From Anthoceros angustus (taxonomy: Eukaryota; Plantae; Anthocerotophyta): a stretch of DNA of 64,000 nucleotides. Both the position numbers and the translations under genes were made by a program. The notes under the pieces are model-generated. The model saw only the letters and a program-made list of their open reading frames with translations. It did not search any database and was not told where the DNA came from. Below are positions 38,920-52,661 of the stretch, piece after piece; the first letter of the stretch is position 1, and each line of letters begins with the position of its first letter. The stretch spans positions 744,001 through 808,000 of the forward strand of contig MU008163.1 of assembly GCA_010909165.1 (NCBI GenBank), written 5' to 3'.

Positions 38920-39299
38920 CTAGAACAGAGTCCGCGCAATATCAGCGGATTCTTGAAAGCCTCTTTTGCGCTTTGGGCGGAGGTTGCCACCCCTTTCTCA
39001 TATCATGCAAAACACGTGTTTTTAAAAGAGATGTGCTTAATGGCAGGTTCCACTTAGAACAATGTAAGTAAAATAGAGGTTTTTTCCATGTATGCACACT
39101 TTTGTTTGGTCGCGGTCGTCCGGCCTTCCAGACTTACTGGGAAAGGCGAGTGCAGCACTATGGGTCCAAAACCACGTAATATGCATTCAAATCAAAGTGA
39201 GCATTTTCCGAAGAGTCAAAACAGAATTATACCGTCAGCAGATGAGCCCCTCATCTACAAGTCACAGCTACCAAAGGGTCATCTACTTCAACCAAATTG

Positions 39300-39998
39300 A
39301 GCTCAGAATCGCGTTCTACATTTTCCAAATCCGCCTTTCCGTGTCACCAAAGTCATCACCTTCAACTGCAAAAGCGAGCGTGCCTCGTTGTATGCGGTGG
39401 TAGTGTGCCGTTTTCATCCCATATTGTCAATGCCAGTTGGTCTTCAACCGCCGGCGTCAGGTCTGAGTCCTTCATTCGACCCCTTCTTTCCAAGCAAGCT
39501 ATACACTTGCATTTTCACATCAATGCCTCCGTGCACAGATCTCCTTTAAAGGCCCACAACTTGCAGGCCCATGGCTTATACATTGTTATTTCTTCAACTC
39601 GTCACCGCTCCAACCCGTTCACTCGTTGTGACATATACATTGAGCATCGTGCGTCTTTGTCAATAGCCTAGCGTTCCCGTTGAATCCCGGCACCAAAATG
39701 ATCACGATCCTGCCGCGTCAACAATCCATCGTCTTCGTTGGAGAACATGTTCACCAACATGCCTAATAGCCGGGTTTTACGATATGGCGTCGACCATCTT
39801 ATCACCGATGTGGTAAATCGACTTCTTCACCACGGTCCATGTCGGATAACTCTTGGCACTTGTTTGATGTCTTTGCGGCAAAAGAGGAGCTTTTCCGACA
39901 TTGGACTCTGTCCTCACCGCGCTTCCAATCAAATATTCCTTTGTTTCAACGGCTATTGGTGGGATGTTGGTTTTCTCCCATACCGGTTTGTATGACTC
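39300..39998 (-). pseudogene. C-terminal half of beta-class N6-A/N4-C DNA methyltransferase plus Cys-rich tail
   Basis: Across frameshifts: WEKTNIP..ETKEYLIG..RK-TRLLGMLVNMFSNEDD-WIVDAAGS..GAGIQ..AIDKD, matching the KPxxL..FS..D.VLD.F.GSG..GR..IE pattern. Confidence 0.75.
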
Positions 39999-42064
39999 GT
40001 GGGCTATGCACTTACTGAGGAGTTAAGAAATAAGTAGGGTTTCTTTTTTTTTAGGATTGAAGGATAAATAAGGCGGAAAGGAGGAATAAATTGGGGTAGC
40101 GCTTGGACTAGGCTCGAGTATACTCCGGACTCGGAGGAGGAACAACGGACCCCTGCATTACCACTATGGCAAGCTCCGGACTACGCCCGGAGTAACCCGG
40201 ATAAGTCCGGAACCCACTCCAGTCAAAGCAGGATAAGTACGCCTGTGAAAGTAACCTAGGAGGCGGGCGTGAGGATGACGGCGGGCGCCACGGATGGCCA
40301 CAGTGGAGGTCGGGCATGCAGAGGTCGACCGTGAACCTGCTGCGAGGCCGTTATAGCGGTATTCACGCCCGCGGACGCGCGGCGTAAGGCGAGTAAGCGA
40401 GCGTAGGGTCGAGTAAGCCATGCACTCGCGCCACGACAACGAAGAGGCGCCTTTCCGCCCAGCTTCCACAAGCGCCGAGGAGGGAGGCTTCACCGCGCAT
40501 AACTCATCCTCGCGCCTCCGCAATCCGGCTCTGGCGCTATCTTTTGGGCGCCCGGTCGACAGAGCGGCTCACCGTCAAGGTTGGAGCAACAACGGCAAGG
40601 AGGAACATCGTGCGGCCGGACCCGGCCAAGCAGCCAAGCAACAAGAGGAGGAGAAGGCAATGGCACCCAAAAGCCGGGCGGAGTCAGAGCCATGGACCCT
40701 CGTGGGCGCAACATTGTGACCGCTATCCGGACTTGGCCCGGCCGGAGGAAGGGGAATTGGTGGGGAATGGCACTGGATGTATTCCAGCCGGTCTGGACCT
40801 TCGGCTGCATTTTGGTCCGGAGTTCGCCGAAGATGTTGGCGGCCAACAAGGAGGTTCGATCCAAGAACCTCCGGGAGGACCGAGGCGATGGACCTTGGAG
40901 GTCCCGAGGACGGCCTACAACCGCCCGAGGAGGAAACCGGGTGGGCGTGAGTCCTGACTTTGTCCGGACCCAGGCCGGACCACAGTCCGGACCCGTAAGT
41001 CCGGACCACGGTCCGGACCCGTAAGTCCGGACCACGGTCCGGACCCCAGACAGTCGGACCCTGGCCGGCGGACTCGAGAAATAAGCCGGACTCGAGTTCG
41101 GGAGTCGAGGCAGACCTCGAGGCCGGTGCAGGATGGAGGAGCCCCTTCGACTTACGCTTAGGGGAGCAGATAGTGGTGGCCCCACCGCAAGGACCTGTGG
41201 GGAGGCTGTGGAGGATGACGTGGTAACGCGGTTGTCGAACCGCCGTGTAACACGGCGGATTCCGAGAGGAGGGGCCCGCCTCACGGATCATCCGATTGGG
41301 TGCGCCACAACCGCTGTGACGGGATTGACCACCCATCCCGAGGCGGGGCTCAGACCTTCCCCCACAATGGGCGAAGGAGATAGGGGAGGAAATAGGATGG
41401 TAGGCGGCGATTAGGGTATACCGAATGGCTATCACCGTAATAGGGGTGTAATAAAGGCGCCGCCTTGGGCGCAGATAAGAGGGCCGAGGTGCCTAGTAAA
41501 GCATCTTTCTCTTGGTGTTGATGCCGCTGCTCTGCACCTTTGTGAGTCTTCTTGCTAACGTGAGTCCCGAGTCACCGAAAGGTGCACGACCCCGGGAGAT
41601 TGATCAAGGTCCCGTGACGGACTTAGCGTTGTGGTGTGTGCGGGGAAGGGTGATCGTGATCCGTGCTCGCCGAGCCGCGTCCGACCGAACGGACCGAACG
41701 TGGAGCCGGAGGAACTCCGGAGGGTGTAGAGCCGGACGGAGAGGCCCCGCGGAACGACGAGGAGGTCCGGATCAGAACCCGCGCTGCTTTTCTAAGATCA
41801 AGAGTGTAGCGTGAGGGAGAGAGGAAAGGACGATGCGTGAGGATGATGTGAACGATACGGACGAACGGGTCTCAAACGCTTGGCCATACCGGCCTCACGG
41901 TGAACGCTAGAGTAGTTAGGAGTATGTGTGTGTGTTGAACGAGCGCTAAGGACGTAAGAATCACCGAAACGCTAAACGGGCCTATCATTCCCTTGGGAAC
42001 GGACTTCTTCCTACAACGACACGGGATTGTGCGCGCCCGTCCATCAAAAAGTCGCGCCACATTT

Positions 42065-42082
42065 TGGCGCCGCTGCCGGGAA
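42065..42082 (+). promoter_or_regulatory. Primer binding site, tRNA-Asp type
   Basis: tggcgccgctgccgggaa just after LTR end ...gcgccaca; close to the Athila-type PBS TGGCGCCGTTGCCGGGGA. Confidence 0.85.
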
Positions 42083-42179
42083 TGAAATCGGTCAGGGTGC
42101 CGCAGTGCGCCCTTAGGAAGAGAAGGTAAGTGAATGCGTGGCGGTCGGCGGCGGTCAAGAGTGAACTGGAGGATCGGAC

Positions 42180-45100
42180 GTGGTCACCTCGCGTGCTCTC
42201 CGAGCCAGGGAGAGAGAGAGACGTCAAACCCAACGAGAGAGCACCGTCGATCAGAGGAGGGAGAACGTGGTCGAATTGTCGGACCAAGACGAGTACGGGG
42301 TACAAGGGACGCCAACGGAAGAAGGTAGGACAGCCACGCCTAACCCACTGATGGCAGCAGCCATGGCCCCTACCTCGACCAAACAAGCGTACTCCATATT
42401 CGGAGGAAGAAGGAGCGGATGCGAGACCTTTGTGGAGGACTTCATGTCCAAAGCCAACTTCAACGGAGAGGGAGTCGACGCCAGCTCATCCAGCTTTTCA
42501 AGGGGTTCTCCGAGGACAGCTCAATGGTATCGGAGAAAGTACCGACCACGGAGAATGCCCCACCCGCCTCGCTTGAAGCTTTGAAAATGCCTTCTTAGAA
42601 CGGTTTCGAGGATCGACCGGGAGGGTATGTATTATCAAAGTTGGAAAATCAGGCGAGGAAGAAGGAGAAGCTGGGCTCAGACATCGAGCGGTTCTATGCC
42701 CGAGGATCGGCATCCAACCCATACCACGATGCAAGCGGTGTGGTTCGCGCGGTCTAGCCAAACCCATGTGCACGCCCCGCCGCTAGCCGAGAAGGACGTG
42801 GGCAAGGCGGTCGAGCGGCCGAAAACTACGAGGAATCGCTACATCGAGGATAAAGAAATCCGCTCAAGGAGGCAAGAAGAAGAAGAAGAAGAAGCGGGGT
42901 TCGGACTCAGGAGGAAGAGTCTTCGAGAGGAGGAGGAAGACCAATCGGAGGTGTCTTCGAGGAGGAGCAACGTCCAAGAAGAGACGGAGGTCTCTAGCGA
43001 GGAAGAGTATCCCGCAAGAAGAAGAGCAAGAAGGCCCGGCTAAAAGAAGCGGGGTAAGAAGGAGGTGGTGACACCAAAAGACCGTCCGAGAAGCTCCCGA
43101 CTCCCTCAAAGGAGGTAGGTGTCCGCGGGAGGACCGGAAAAGTGATAAAGAGAGTAGAGGACAGCGATAAACTGTGTTAAGGACCGAGAGCGGAAAACAC
43201 CGACTACGGTGCGACGCATCTCGTGTGCCGTGTGCCGAATACATTTCGAAGTCCAACCGCCTCAAGGCCGGTGCATCAAGTGGACTACGAATACGAGGAG
43301 GAGGCCGAGGAGCAATGGGAAGAGGCCTATCGTGCATGTGAAGCCCCTCCGGGCCGCGATATCCCAAAACCATGTATCCGCCAACCGGAGGTCCGTCAAT
43401 ACAACGAGCCCCACCGATGCAAAGACCGCATGGGAGCCCCTTCGTATCCTCACGGCCGTGGTCCGCTGGAACCGCGGAATCCCGCCATTACTCCAACGCG
43501 TGTCCGTACTCCAACGAGGTGGTAATGGGGACTTCGAGTGGCGATCGCAAGGTGCCGGCATATGGCAAGACGCTATGTCCCAACCCCCGCACAAGGACGG
43601 TACGATATGCCACACCAAGCGGAGAACCCCGACCACCAACGCCACCTCCTAAGACTGTTACCGTACGGCAAGTCGAAGATGCTCAGTTGGCGGAGTGGGA
43701 AGAGATTCCCAGAGGTACGCGAGATGGAAAAGAACAAGAAGGTACGGTGGGGGTGTCGAAAGGAAGGGAGTCGGGCGTGGAAATCTTGGAGGTGTCTACT
43801 CGTAGCCGAAGGAAGGAGCGACGAGAAAGGCGCCAGTTGAAGAAGAACAAGATCGAGGAAGGCCACGACGCCGAGGAAGGCAATCAAGCGGAAATACCAG
43901 CAGAGGATCCGACCGATGAAGGAGGGCTGGACGGCAGCCCGCCGGAGGGATTACCGAAGGAAGTTCTCCGCAAGATGTGGAGAAGGAAGCGGTGCCTCCG
44001 CGACGGCGACGTTAGCTTCCACCGGACGTAGTCCGGAGGTGACCGAGATGTTGCAGGAGGAAATGCGCAAGCATCCGGAGAATACCGTAACAAGTGACCG
44101 GGAGAGGATGAGGACGCAGCAGGATCCTCGATTGGGGTAGAAGCCTCGCCTTTAATGTGGACCGATGATGAATCGCAGACCTTGTGTCCTTTCGACCGAG
44201 GATAACCCAAATACCGACAAGAGGTCCGTTAGGGGAAACCCACCGTGAGCACCAAAGCCGGAAGGGTAGCATGTGGAAGTGAGGGTGGTGTCCCATACGA
44301 CCTGGCGCCAGTGGTACAAGTGGAGATTGGATGTATCATCAAGGATGTACCGTTGGACACGGGGTCCGGAGTCAACCTCATCACTGAAGCCACGGCACGA
44401 AAATTGGGCTTCACATCCTTCAACCTCAACGAAGACTCGAGAATGGCGTATATGTCAAGAAGAGATCCGGGAGTTAACCGAGTCTTGGCCACCATAGCGC
44501 ACCCTACAAACCGGATTTTGTTGTGATCAAACCGCCGGACCATTAGGGTATGAGGTGTTCTTTGGGCGGCCATGGGTTGGCCTGCATAAAGCTACACTTT
44601 GGAAGGAAGGAGATTCACTTCAAGCGGGACCGGGACCCTAAGGTGCGAGAAGGGAGGTTGCTATCACCGGAGCAAGGACACCTATTGTGGGAAACGCACT
44701 ACCACTGGTGGGTATAAATGGAGGACTCGGACGAACAAGATAGTTCCGAGGAGGCGACTTTTCGCCAAGATCCGCCGGTCCGAGGAGGAGATGGACTCAG
44801 GATGCCTTTGGCGGAAGTGGTTGATTGTTTTCAAACGCCACAACGGGCCGGAGGAAGGAAGTGAAGAGGAGGTCGGACCAAAGACAAGGGGAGACAACAA
44901 GAGTCGGACCAAGGAAAAGCGACATCAAGGAGTAACACGATTCACCTCCGACGAGCTCTTGAGAGAATGGGGATGCGAGAGGACGATCCCGAGTGGAGGA
45001 CGAGGGGTTTGGACGCAATGAGGCACGGAACGGGAGACGGTGAACCCGGACGACGTGGAAGAAGTGGAGGTCCGCCAGCAAATTCTCAAGTTTAAGAAAG

Positions 45101-47693
45101 GCATGCCTCGGACTGAAGGAAGGACTAAAGCACTGGGGAGTTTTATGAGGTGTTCGCCTTCAAGGTCACGGACATGAAGGGCATTCAAGAAGTGGGAGAG
45201 CATAAGATCGATTTGAAGCCGAGGCGGTGCCGTCAATCCGACAATACAAGCTCAACCCCAAGTATTCGATCAAGGTGAAGGAGGTCCTTGATAAGTACCG
45301 GAGGCAGACATCATTTTCCCCATCGTCAGCCGAGTGGGTCGCTACGATTGTGGTGGTTCCCAAGAAACTGTGACAAATTCGGGTATGCCAAGATTGAGGA
45401 AGCTCAACGCCGAACGGAGAAGGACCACTTCCGATGCCATTCAGAGACGACATTTTGGACAAGGTGGTGGACGGACTACTTACTCCTTCCTCGGATGGCT
45501 ACTCGGATACAACCAATTGCACCTAAGGGAGTTTGACCGACAAGACGACCTTCACTACGGAGTACGCTTGCCTACAAGAGAAGTGCCTTTGGGATGACCG
45601 AGCGCCTGTGGTCGCTCATGCGTATGGTGACCAACGCCTTCCGTGACTTCGAGGGACTTCATGGAGATATTCCCGGATGATTTTGTGTGCATGGGGAGCG
45701 GGACAAACACCTTGGACATCTAAGAAGGTGCTTGAGCGCCGGAGACTCAATTGAGCCTACACCCGAGAAATGCTACTTTGGAATGACGGAGGGAATCTTG
45801 TCGACGTGTCTGGAATCGAGGTGGACCAGACAAGGTCCGGTCATCCGCCTCCACTACACGAACCTAAAGGAGCCGAGAGGTTTCACAGGAATGGTGGGAT
45901 ACTACCGGTTTATTAAGGACTTTGCGAAGAGGGCGCTAAGTTGATGTAACCATCATGAAGGAGGAGGTTTGGACCGTCACGTGGAGCGAGAGGAGGCCTT
46001 CGGGTAACACCTTGGTAAGCGCACGGTTCTAAGAGGACCGGATCGAGCAAGAAATTTCATGTGTAGACGTGTCCGCTTTTGCTATCGGAGTAGTGCCGAG
46101 CCGTAAGGACGACAAGCGGGGGATTATCCGTATACTACCGGACGATACCACCCACGCGAACGAAAATACACAACCAGAGCCAAGCACCGGGTATGGTATA
46201 TGCCAAGAAATTCGACACTACCGCTACCCAAAGGAGTTTGTGTTCTATGTAGACCACTTTGCTCAAGCATGGTGAATAAGGCGGACCGTCGACGGATAGC
46301 AAGGTGGATATTGTTGCCGCAGGAGTTCACGTCAAGTGGAAACAAGACAAGGGAGGCAAGACCAAAATGCGATTTCTGTCACGATTGAAACACAAAGGTG
46401 TTGAGAGATCGGGAAGATGCGTTCCGGATGAGACATTGCCGCAGAAAAGTACAACCGAGGAGCCCCAAACCCCAAGCTACGAACCGCAGCCTTAGCGAGC
46501 GGAGAAGGGAGGGTCTGCCGTCCACGAAGAAATGGAGCGGTACCTGGGAATGGAGCTTCAAAATGACTGTGATGAGGGAGGCATTCGCACTATGCTCGAC
46601 CCTTCGTAATGTACAACGGTGTGTGTTCAAATTAGGGCGGACGGAGTAGAACGAAGGTACTTGCAACCGGCAGAGAGGAGCTAGGGAATGCACGAAGGAT
46701 TGGGGAGGACACTACGCACAGTCACCACCAAAAGATTTGAAGCGGATACGTGGCCAACAATGTATGGGGACACCCACCGCTTAGGAAGAAGTGTGATGCT
46801 TGTCACCGGATCGGAAAGCCAACCCCGACACAAAGGCCGCTAGTACCGATATAATCGCACCTAAAAGTGGGGTATTGACTTTGTTGGACCTATCTGACCT
46901 CGACAAGACACACACAAAGGAGATACATCCCGTGGCAACGGACCATCGCACTGTGGTAGAGGCGGTGGCGACAAGAACGGACTCGCAAACACGCGGCCAA
47001 ATTCACGAGAACATCATAACCCGATGCGGATGTCCGCCGCAGCTTGGTAAGTGATAGGGGAACCCATTTCCTTAATGATGTGGTGGCCGCCATGACGGAG
47101 TATTTCGGCATCAATCATCGCAAGACGGCACCCTACAATCCTAAGGCCAATGGGTCGACAGAGAAGACAAATGGGCTCATCCGCAGGATCTCGAATAAAC
47201 TCACGATGAACTACGCCCATGATCGATACTAAGTCGCCATCCGCACTGTATGCCCGAGCAGAGAAGGTGACCACACAACGGACCCCTTACTTCTTGACCT
47301 ACGGACACTCTCCCGTAATGCCAGTAGAGTTTGAAGTGCCCACTTTTCGAGTAATGATGGAAGGGAGACTGACAGAAGAGGAAAGCCAGCTCGAGCGACT
47401 CTTGGGGTTTGTTCAGCACACAGAGGACAGGGAAGAAGCTCAGCTGAAGATGCAGTTGGTGCAAAACCAGCGAAAGATTTGGCACGATCACGATCATGAA
47501 TCGAGTATGTAAAGGAAGGGGACCGCCTCCTTTATGATAGTCGTTACATGCATTTTTCCGTGCAAACTTCACGAGATGGATGGGTCCGTACCAAGTGGTG
47601 CAAGTATATGACAACGGGTCCCTCCACGACCTAGATGGAGAGTCGTTGCCCACTCGGGTGAGCGGGTGGCGGGTGAAGAAGTATCATGCTTAG
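42180..47693 (+). pseudogene. gag-pol (PR-RT-RNaseH-INT), heavily frameshifted
   Basis: Protease LDTGSGVNLI (~44350); RT GYNQL..FG..IFPDDF; RNase H D.SAFAIG; integrase SDRGTHFLN, PYNPKANG.TE. Confidence 0.92.
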
Positions 47694-49609
47694 TGTTGGC
47701 GAGACGCCAATGATGAGAAGGGAGTATGTGGGCTATGCACTTCCGGGGAGTTAAGAAATAAGTAGGGTTTTTTAGGATTGAAGGATAAATAAAGGCGGAA
47801 AGGAGGAATAAATTGGGGTAGCGCCGGACGAGGCTCGGAGTATACTCGGACTGGAGTGAACAACGGACCCCGGTACCACTATGGCAAGCTCCGGACTACG
47901 CCGGAGTAACGGATAAGTCCAACCCACCTGTGTCAAAACAGGATAAGTACGCCAGGAAAGTAACCTAGGAGCGGAGGCGTGAGGATGACGAGGCGGCGCC
48001 ACGTGACGGCCCCGAGTGGAGGTCGGCATGCAGGGTCAGACCGTAATTTGCCGAGGCCGCAGGCAGTATTCACGCCCGCGATCGCGCGCGCGGCCGCAGT
48101 AAGCGGGCGTAGGGTCGAGTAAGCCATGCACTGCGCTACGGACGGCGCCTTCCGCCAGCTTATTTCCACAAGCGCCAAGGAGGAGGTCACGGCAGCCTCC
48201 GCATAATCCTCCTCAGCCCTTGCGCCAATCCGCTCGGGCGCTATCTTTTGGGCGCCACAGAGCGGCTCACCACAAGGTTGGAGCAACAACGCGAAGGAGG
48301 AACATCTGCCGGACTCGCCAGCAGCTACAAAGAACAAGAGGAGGAGAAGCAATGGCACCCAAAAAGCCGGGAGTCTGGGAGCCATGGACCCTCGTGGAGC
48401 GCAACATTGTGACCCGCGCTATCCGGACTTCGGGCCCGGGCCGGAGGAAGCAGGGAATTGGTGAATGGCATCCGGACGTCCAAATGGTCTGACCTTCGAC
48501 AACGCACTTAGTCCGGAGTTTGCCCAAGATGTTGGCGCGCCAACAAGGAGGTCCGATCCAAGAACCTCCGGAGGACTCGAGGCGATGGACCTTGAGGTCC
48601 CGAGGACGGCCTACAACCGCCTAGGGAGTGGGCGTGAGTCGGACTTTGTCCGGACCTCAGGAGGAGGCCGGACCAAGTCCGGACCAGAATAAGTCCGGAC
48701 CAAGTCCGGACCTAATAAGTCCGGACCACGAGGTCCGGACCCCAGACAAGGTCGGACCTAGCCACGGACTCAGAATGCCGGACTCAAGTTCGAGTCGACA
48801 GGACCTCGAGGTCCGATCAAGAAGGAGGAGCCCCGACTACGCCAGGGGAAGCGATAGGTGGCCCCACCGGCGAAGGACCTGTGGGAGGCCGGGGGAGGAT
48901 GACGTCGCGTGGTAACGGCGGTGTCGACGCGCCGGTGAGCCCAACTCGACAGGGATTCCGGGAGAGGAGGCCCCGCCTCACGGATCATCCGATTGCGCGC
49001 CACAACCGCCGTGACGGGATTGACCACCCATCCCGAGGGGGCCCAGACCTTCCACACAATGGGCGAAGGAGATAGGGGGAAATAGGATGGTAGGCGGCCG
49101 ATTAGGTATACCGAGCTGGCTATACCGGAATAGGGGTAATAAAGACGCCGCCTTGGGCGCAGATAAGAGGGCCGAGGTCGCTTCTAGTAAAGCATCTTTC
49201 TTGGTGTTGATGCCGCTGCCTGCACCTTTGTGAGTCTTCTTGCTAACGTGAGTCTCGAGTCACCGGCGTGCACAGACGGGAGATTGATCAAGGTCCCGTG
49301 ACTACCCAACGCTGCTGTGTGTGCGTGGAAGGTGACCCAGTGATCTCGCCCCGAGCCGCGGCCCGAATCTGACCGAACGTGTGTGAGCCGGAGGAACTCC
49401 GGAGGCGTAGAGCCCGGGACGGAGAGGCCATGAACGACGGAGGAGGTCCGGACTGCGGTAACCCGCGGCTTTTCTAAGACCGAGGAGGTAGCGTGAGGGA
49501 GAGAGAAAGGATCGGATGCGTGAGGGGCGGATGTGAACGATTAACGGGTCCTTAAACGCTTGGCCATACCGGCCTCAGACGTGAACGCCAGAGTAGTTAG
49601 AGTATGTGT

Positions 49610-50676
49610 GTGTTCAAATTAGGGCGGACGGAGTAGAGCGAAGGTACTACAACCCGCGAGAGGAGGCGGTCGTCGAGGAATGCACGAAGGATTGGGGGAG
49701 GACACTGCAGTCACCACCAAAAGATTTTAGGCGGGATCTTGGTGGCCAACAATGTATGGGGACACCCACCGGTTTGTGAAGAAGTGTGATGCTTGTCAGG
49801 ATCGGAAAGCCAACCCCGACACGGTGGCCGCTAGTACCGATATTGGCACCTTTCGAAAAGTGGGGTATTGACTTTGTTGGACCTACTCACCTCGACAAGA
49901 CACACACAAAGGAGATACATCACGGTGGCAGCGGACTCACGCACTGGGTAGAGGCGGTGGACAGAACGGACTCCATACCGTGGCCAAATTCTGTCGAGAA
50001 CATCATAACCCGGCGGATGTCCGCTGCTTGGTAAGTGATAGGGAACCCATTTCCTTAATGATGTGGTGGCCGCCATGGAGTATTTCGGCATCAATCATCG
50101 CAAGACGGCACCCTACAATCCTAAGGCCAATGGGGCTGAGAGAAGACAAATGGGCTCATCTGCGGGATCTGAATAAACTCACGATGAACTCGCCCATGAG
50201 GGATACCAAGCGCCATCCGCCATGCGGGCGTTAGAGAAGGTGACCACACAACGGACCCTTACTTCTTGACCTCGGACACTCTCCGTAATGCCGGTGGAGT
50301 TTGAAGTGCCCACTTTTCGAGTAATGATGGAAGGGAGGCGGAGGAGGAAAGCCAGCTCGGCGACTCTTGGGGTTTGTTCGGCCACAGAGGGCGGGAAGAA
50401 GCTCGGTGAAGATGCTTGGTGCAAAACCAGTGAAGATTTGGCACGATCGCCCATTGCGGAATCGAGTATGTAAAGGGGACTGGCCCTCCTTTATGATAGT
50501 CGTTACATGCATTTTCGAGCAAACTTCACGAGATGGATGGGTCCGTACCAAGTGGTGCAAGTATATGACAACGGGTCCGTCCATTCTGACTAGATGGAGA
50601 GCTGCCCACTCGGTGAATTGGCGGGTGAAGAAGTATCATGCTTAGTGTTGGCGGAGCGAGCAGATGAGAAGGGAGT
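49610..50676 (+). repeat. Duplicated integrase-PPT segment
   Basis: Matches 46620-47726; PFEKWGIDFVGP. Confidence 0.92.
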
Positions 50677-52661
50677 ATGTGGGCTTACAGGGAGTTAGAA
50701 ATAAGTAGGGTTTCTTTTTTTAGGATTGAAGGATAAATAAAGGCGGAAAAGGAGGAATAAATTGGGGTAGCGCTTGGACGAGGCTCGGAGTATACTCCGG
50801 ACTCGGAGTGAACAACGGACCCCGGTACCACTATGGCAAGCTCGGACTACGCGAGTAACGGATAAGTCCGGAACCCACTCCAGTCAAAATAGGATAAATG
50901 CCGAGTAACCTAGGAGGCGTGAGGGGCAGGCGGCGCCACGTGGGACGAGTGGAGGTCGGGCATGCGTGGCGGGGCCGTAACCTTGCCGTTATAGCGGTAT
51001 TCACGCCCATGGCGTAAGGCCAGTAAGCGGGCGTAGGGTCGAGTAAGCCATGCGGACCAGCGATTCTGGACAGGCGCCTTCAGCCCAGTTACTTCCTGGC
51101 CAAGGAGGAGGTCATTTCGCCTGACCTCGGACAATCCTCCACGGTCCCTTGCGCTCAAATCCGGCTCTGGCGCTATCTTTTGGGCGCCAGAGCGTGGCCA
51201 TCAAGGTTGGAGCAGCGAACGCGGGCGAGGAACATCATCCGGACCGCCAGCAGCCACAACAAGAGGAGGAGAAGGCAATGGCACCCAAAAGCCGAAGTCT
51301 GGGAGCCATGGACCCTCGTGGGCGCAACATTGTGACGGCGCTATCCGGACTTGGGCCACAGGCTGGAGGCGAGGTGGTGGGGAATGGCACTGGATGTATT
51401 CCGTCTACGGACCTTTGACAGCGCTTACGTCAGGAGTTGCGGAAGATGTTGGCGGCCAACAAGGAGGTTCGATCCAAGAACCTCCGGGAGGACCAGCGAT
51501 GGACCTTGGAGGTCCACGAGGGCGGCCTACCGCGAGGAAACCGAGTGGGTGAGTCGGACTTTGTCCGGACCCGATAAGTCCGGACCCGATAAGTCCGGAC
51601 CCGATAAGTCCGGACCACAAGTCGGACCCGATAAGTCCGGACCACGAGGTCCGGACCCCAGTGACAAGGTCGGACCTAGCCCGGCGGACTCAGAATCGCC
51701 CGGACTCACGGGTTCGGGAGTCGAGGCGACTCGAGGACGGCTGCAGCGAGGAGGAGCCCCTTCACCACAGGGGCGAGAATGGGCAGGACGGCCAGGACCC
51801 GAGGGAGGCCGAGGGAGGAGGATGGCGTGTGGTACGCCATGTCGCCGCCCGGTGAACCCTGACGGGGATTCCGGAGAGGAGGCCCCGCCTCACGGATCAT
51901 CCGATAGGTGCGCCCAACCGCTACGGGGATTGGACCACCCATCCCGAGGGGCCCAGGACCTTCCACACAATGGGCGAAGGAGATAGGGGAAATAGGATGG
52001 TAGGCCGATTAGGGTATACCGAAATGGGCTACTCCGTATTAGGTATTAAAGACGCCGCCTTGGGCGCAGGTGTAAGAGGGGCTGAGGTTAATTCTGATAA
52101 AGCATCTTTCTCTTGGTGTTGATGCACAGCGCCTGCGGAGTACCTTTGTGAGTCTTCTTGCTAACGTGAGTCTGAGTCCATGGCGAGCCACAGCAGCTCG
52201 GGAGATTGATCAAGGTCCGTGGCGGACCTAGCAGCGTTGTGGTGTGTGCGAGGAAGGGTGACCCAGTGACGTGCTCGTCCGGAGCGCGGCCCGGAGCGGG
52301 AGCGTGTGAGCGGAGGAACTCCGGAGGCGTCAGAGCCGGGCCCGGAGAGCAGCGGAGAGAGGTGGGGCTGTAACCGGCGTCTTTTCCTAAGGCGAGGTGT
52401 AGCGTGAGGGAGAGAGGAAAGGAGGATCGTGAGGGGCGGATGTGAACGATCTGGGTGAGCAGGTCCTTAAGCGTTTAGCCATACCGGGCTGTCAGTGAGC
52501 GTTGTGAGTAGTTAGGAGTATGTGTGTGTTGAGGTGAGCAGCTAAGGGGCCAGTGGGAATCACGAAGCAGTAAGCGGGCCTATCATTTCCTTGGGGCGGA
52601 CTTCTTCCTACAACGACACGGATTGTGCGCGCCCGGCTGGCCATCAGCAAAAGTCGCCACA

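Larger units (their letters stand above)
39999..52661 (+). mobile_element. Ty3/Gypsy LTR retrotransposon (Athila-like), three-LTR structure
   Basis: LTRs 39999-42061, 47727-~49615 (3'-truncated) and 50677-52661; PBS 42065-42082; PPT gagaagggag; ACTC on both flanks (39995-39998, 52662-52665). Confidence 0.95.

Noticed and set aside
40490-41435. Long minus-strand ORFs in the LTR
   Set aside because: GC-rich repetitive sequence with few stops; not preserved in the sister LTRs.
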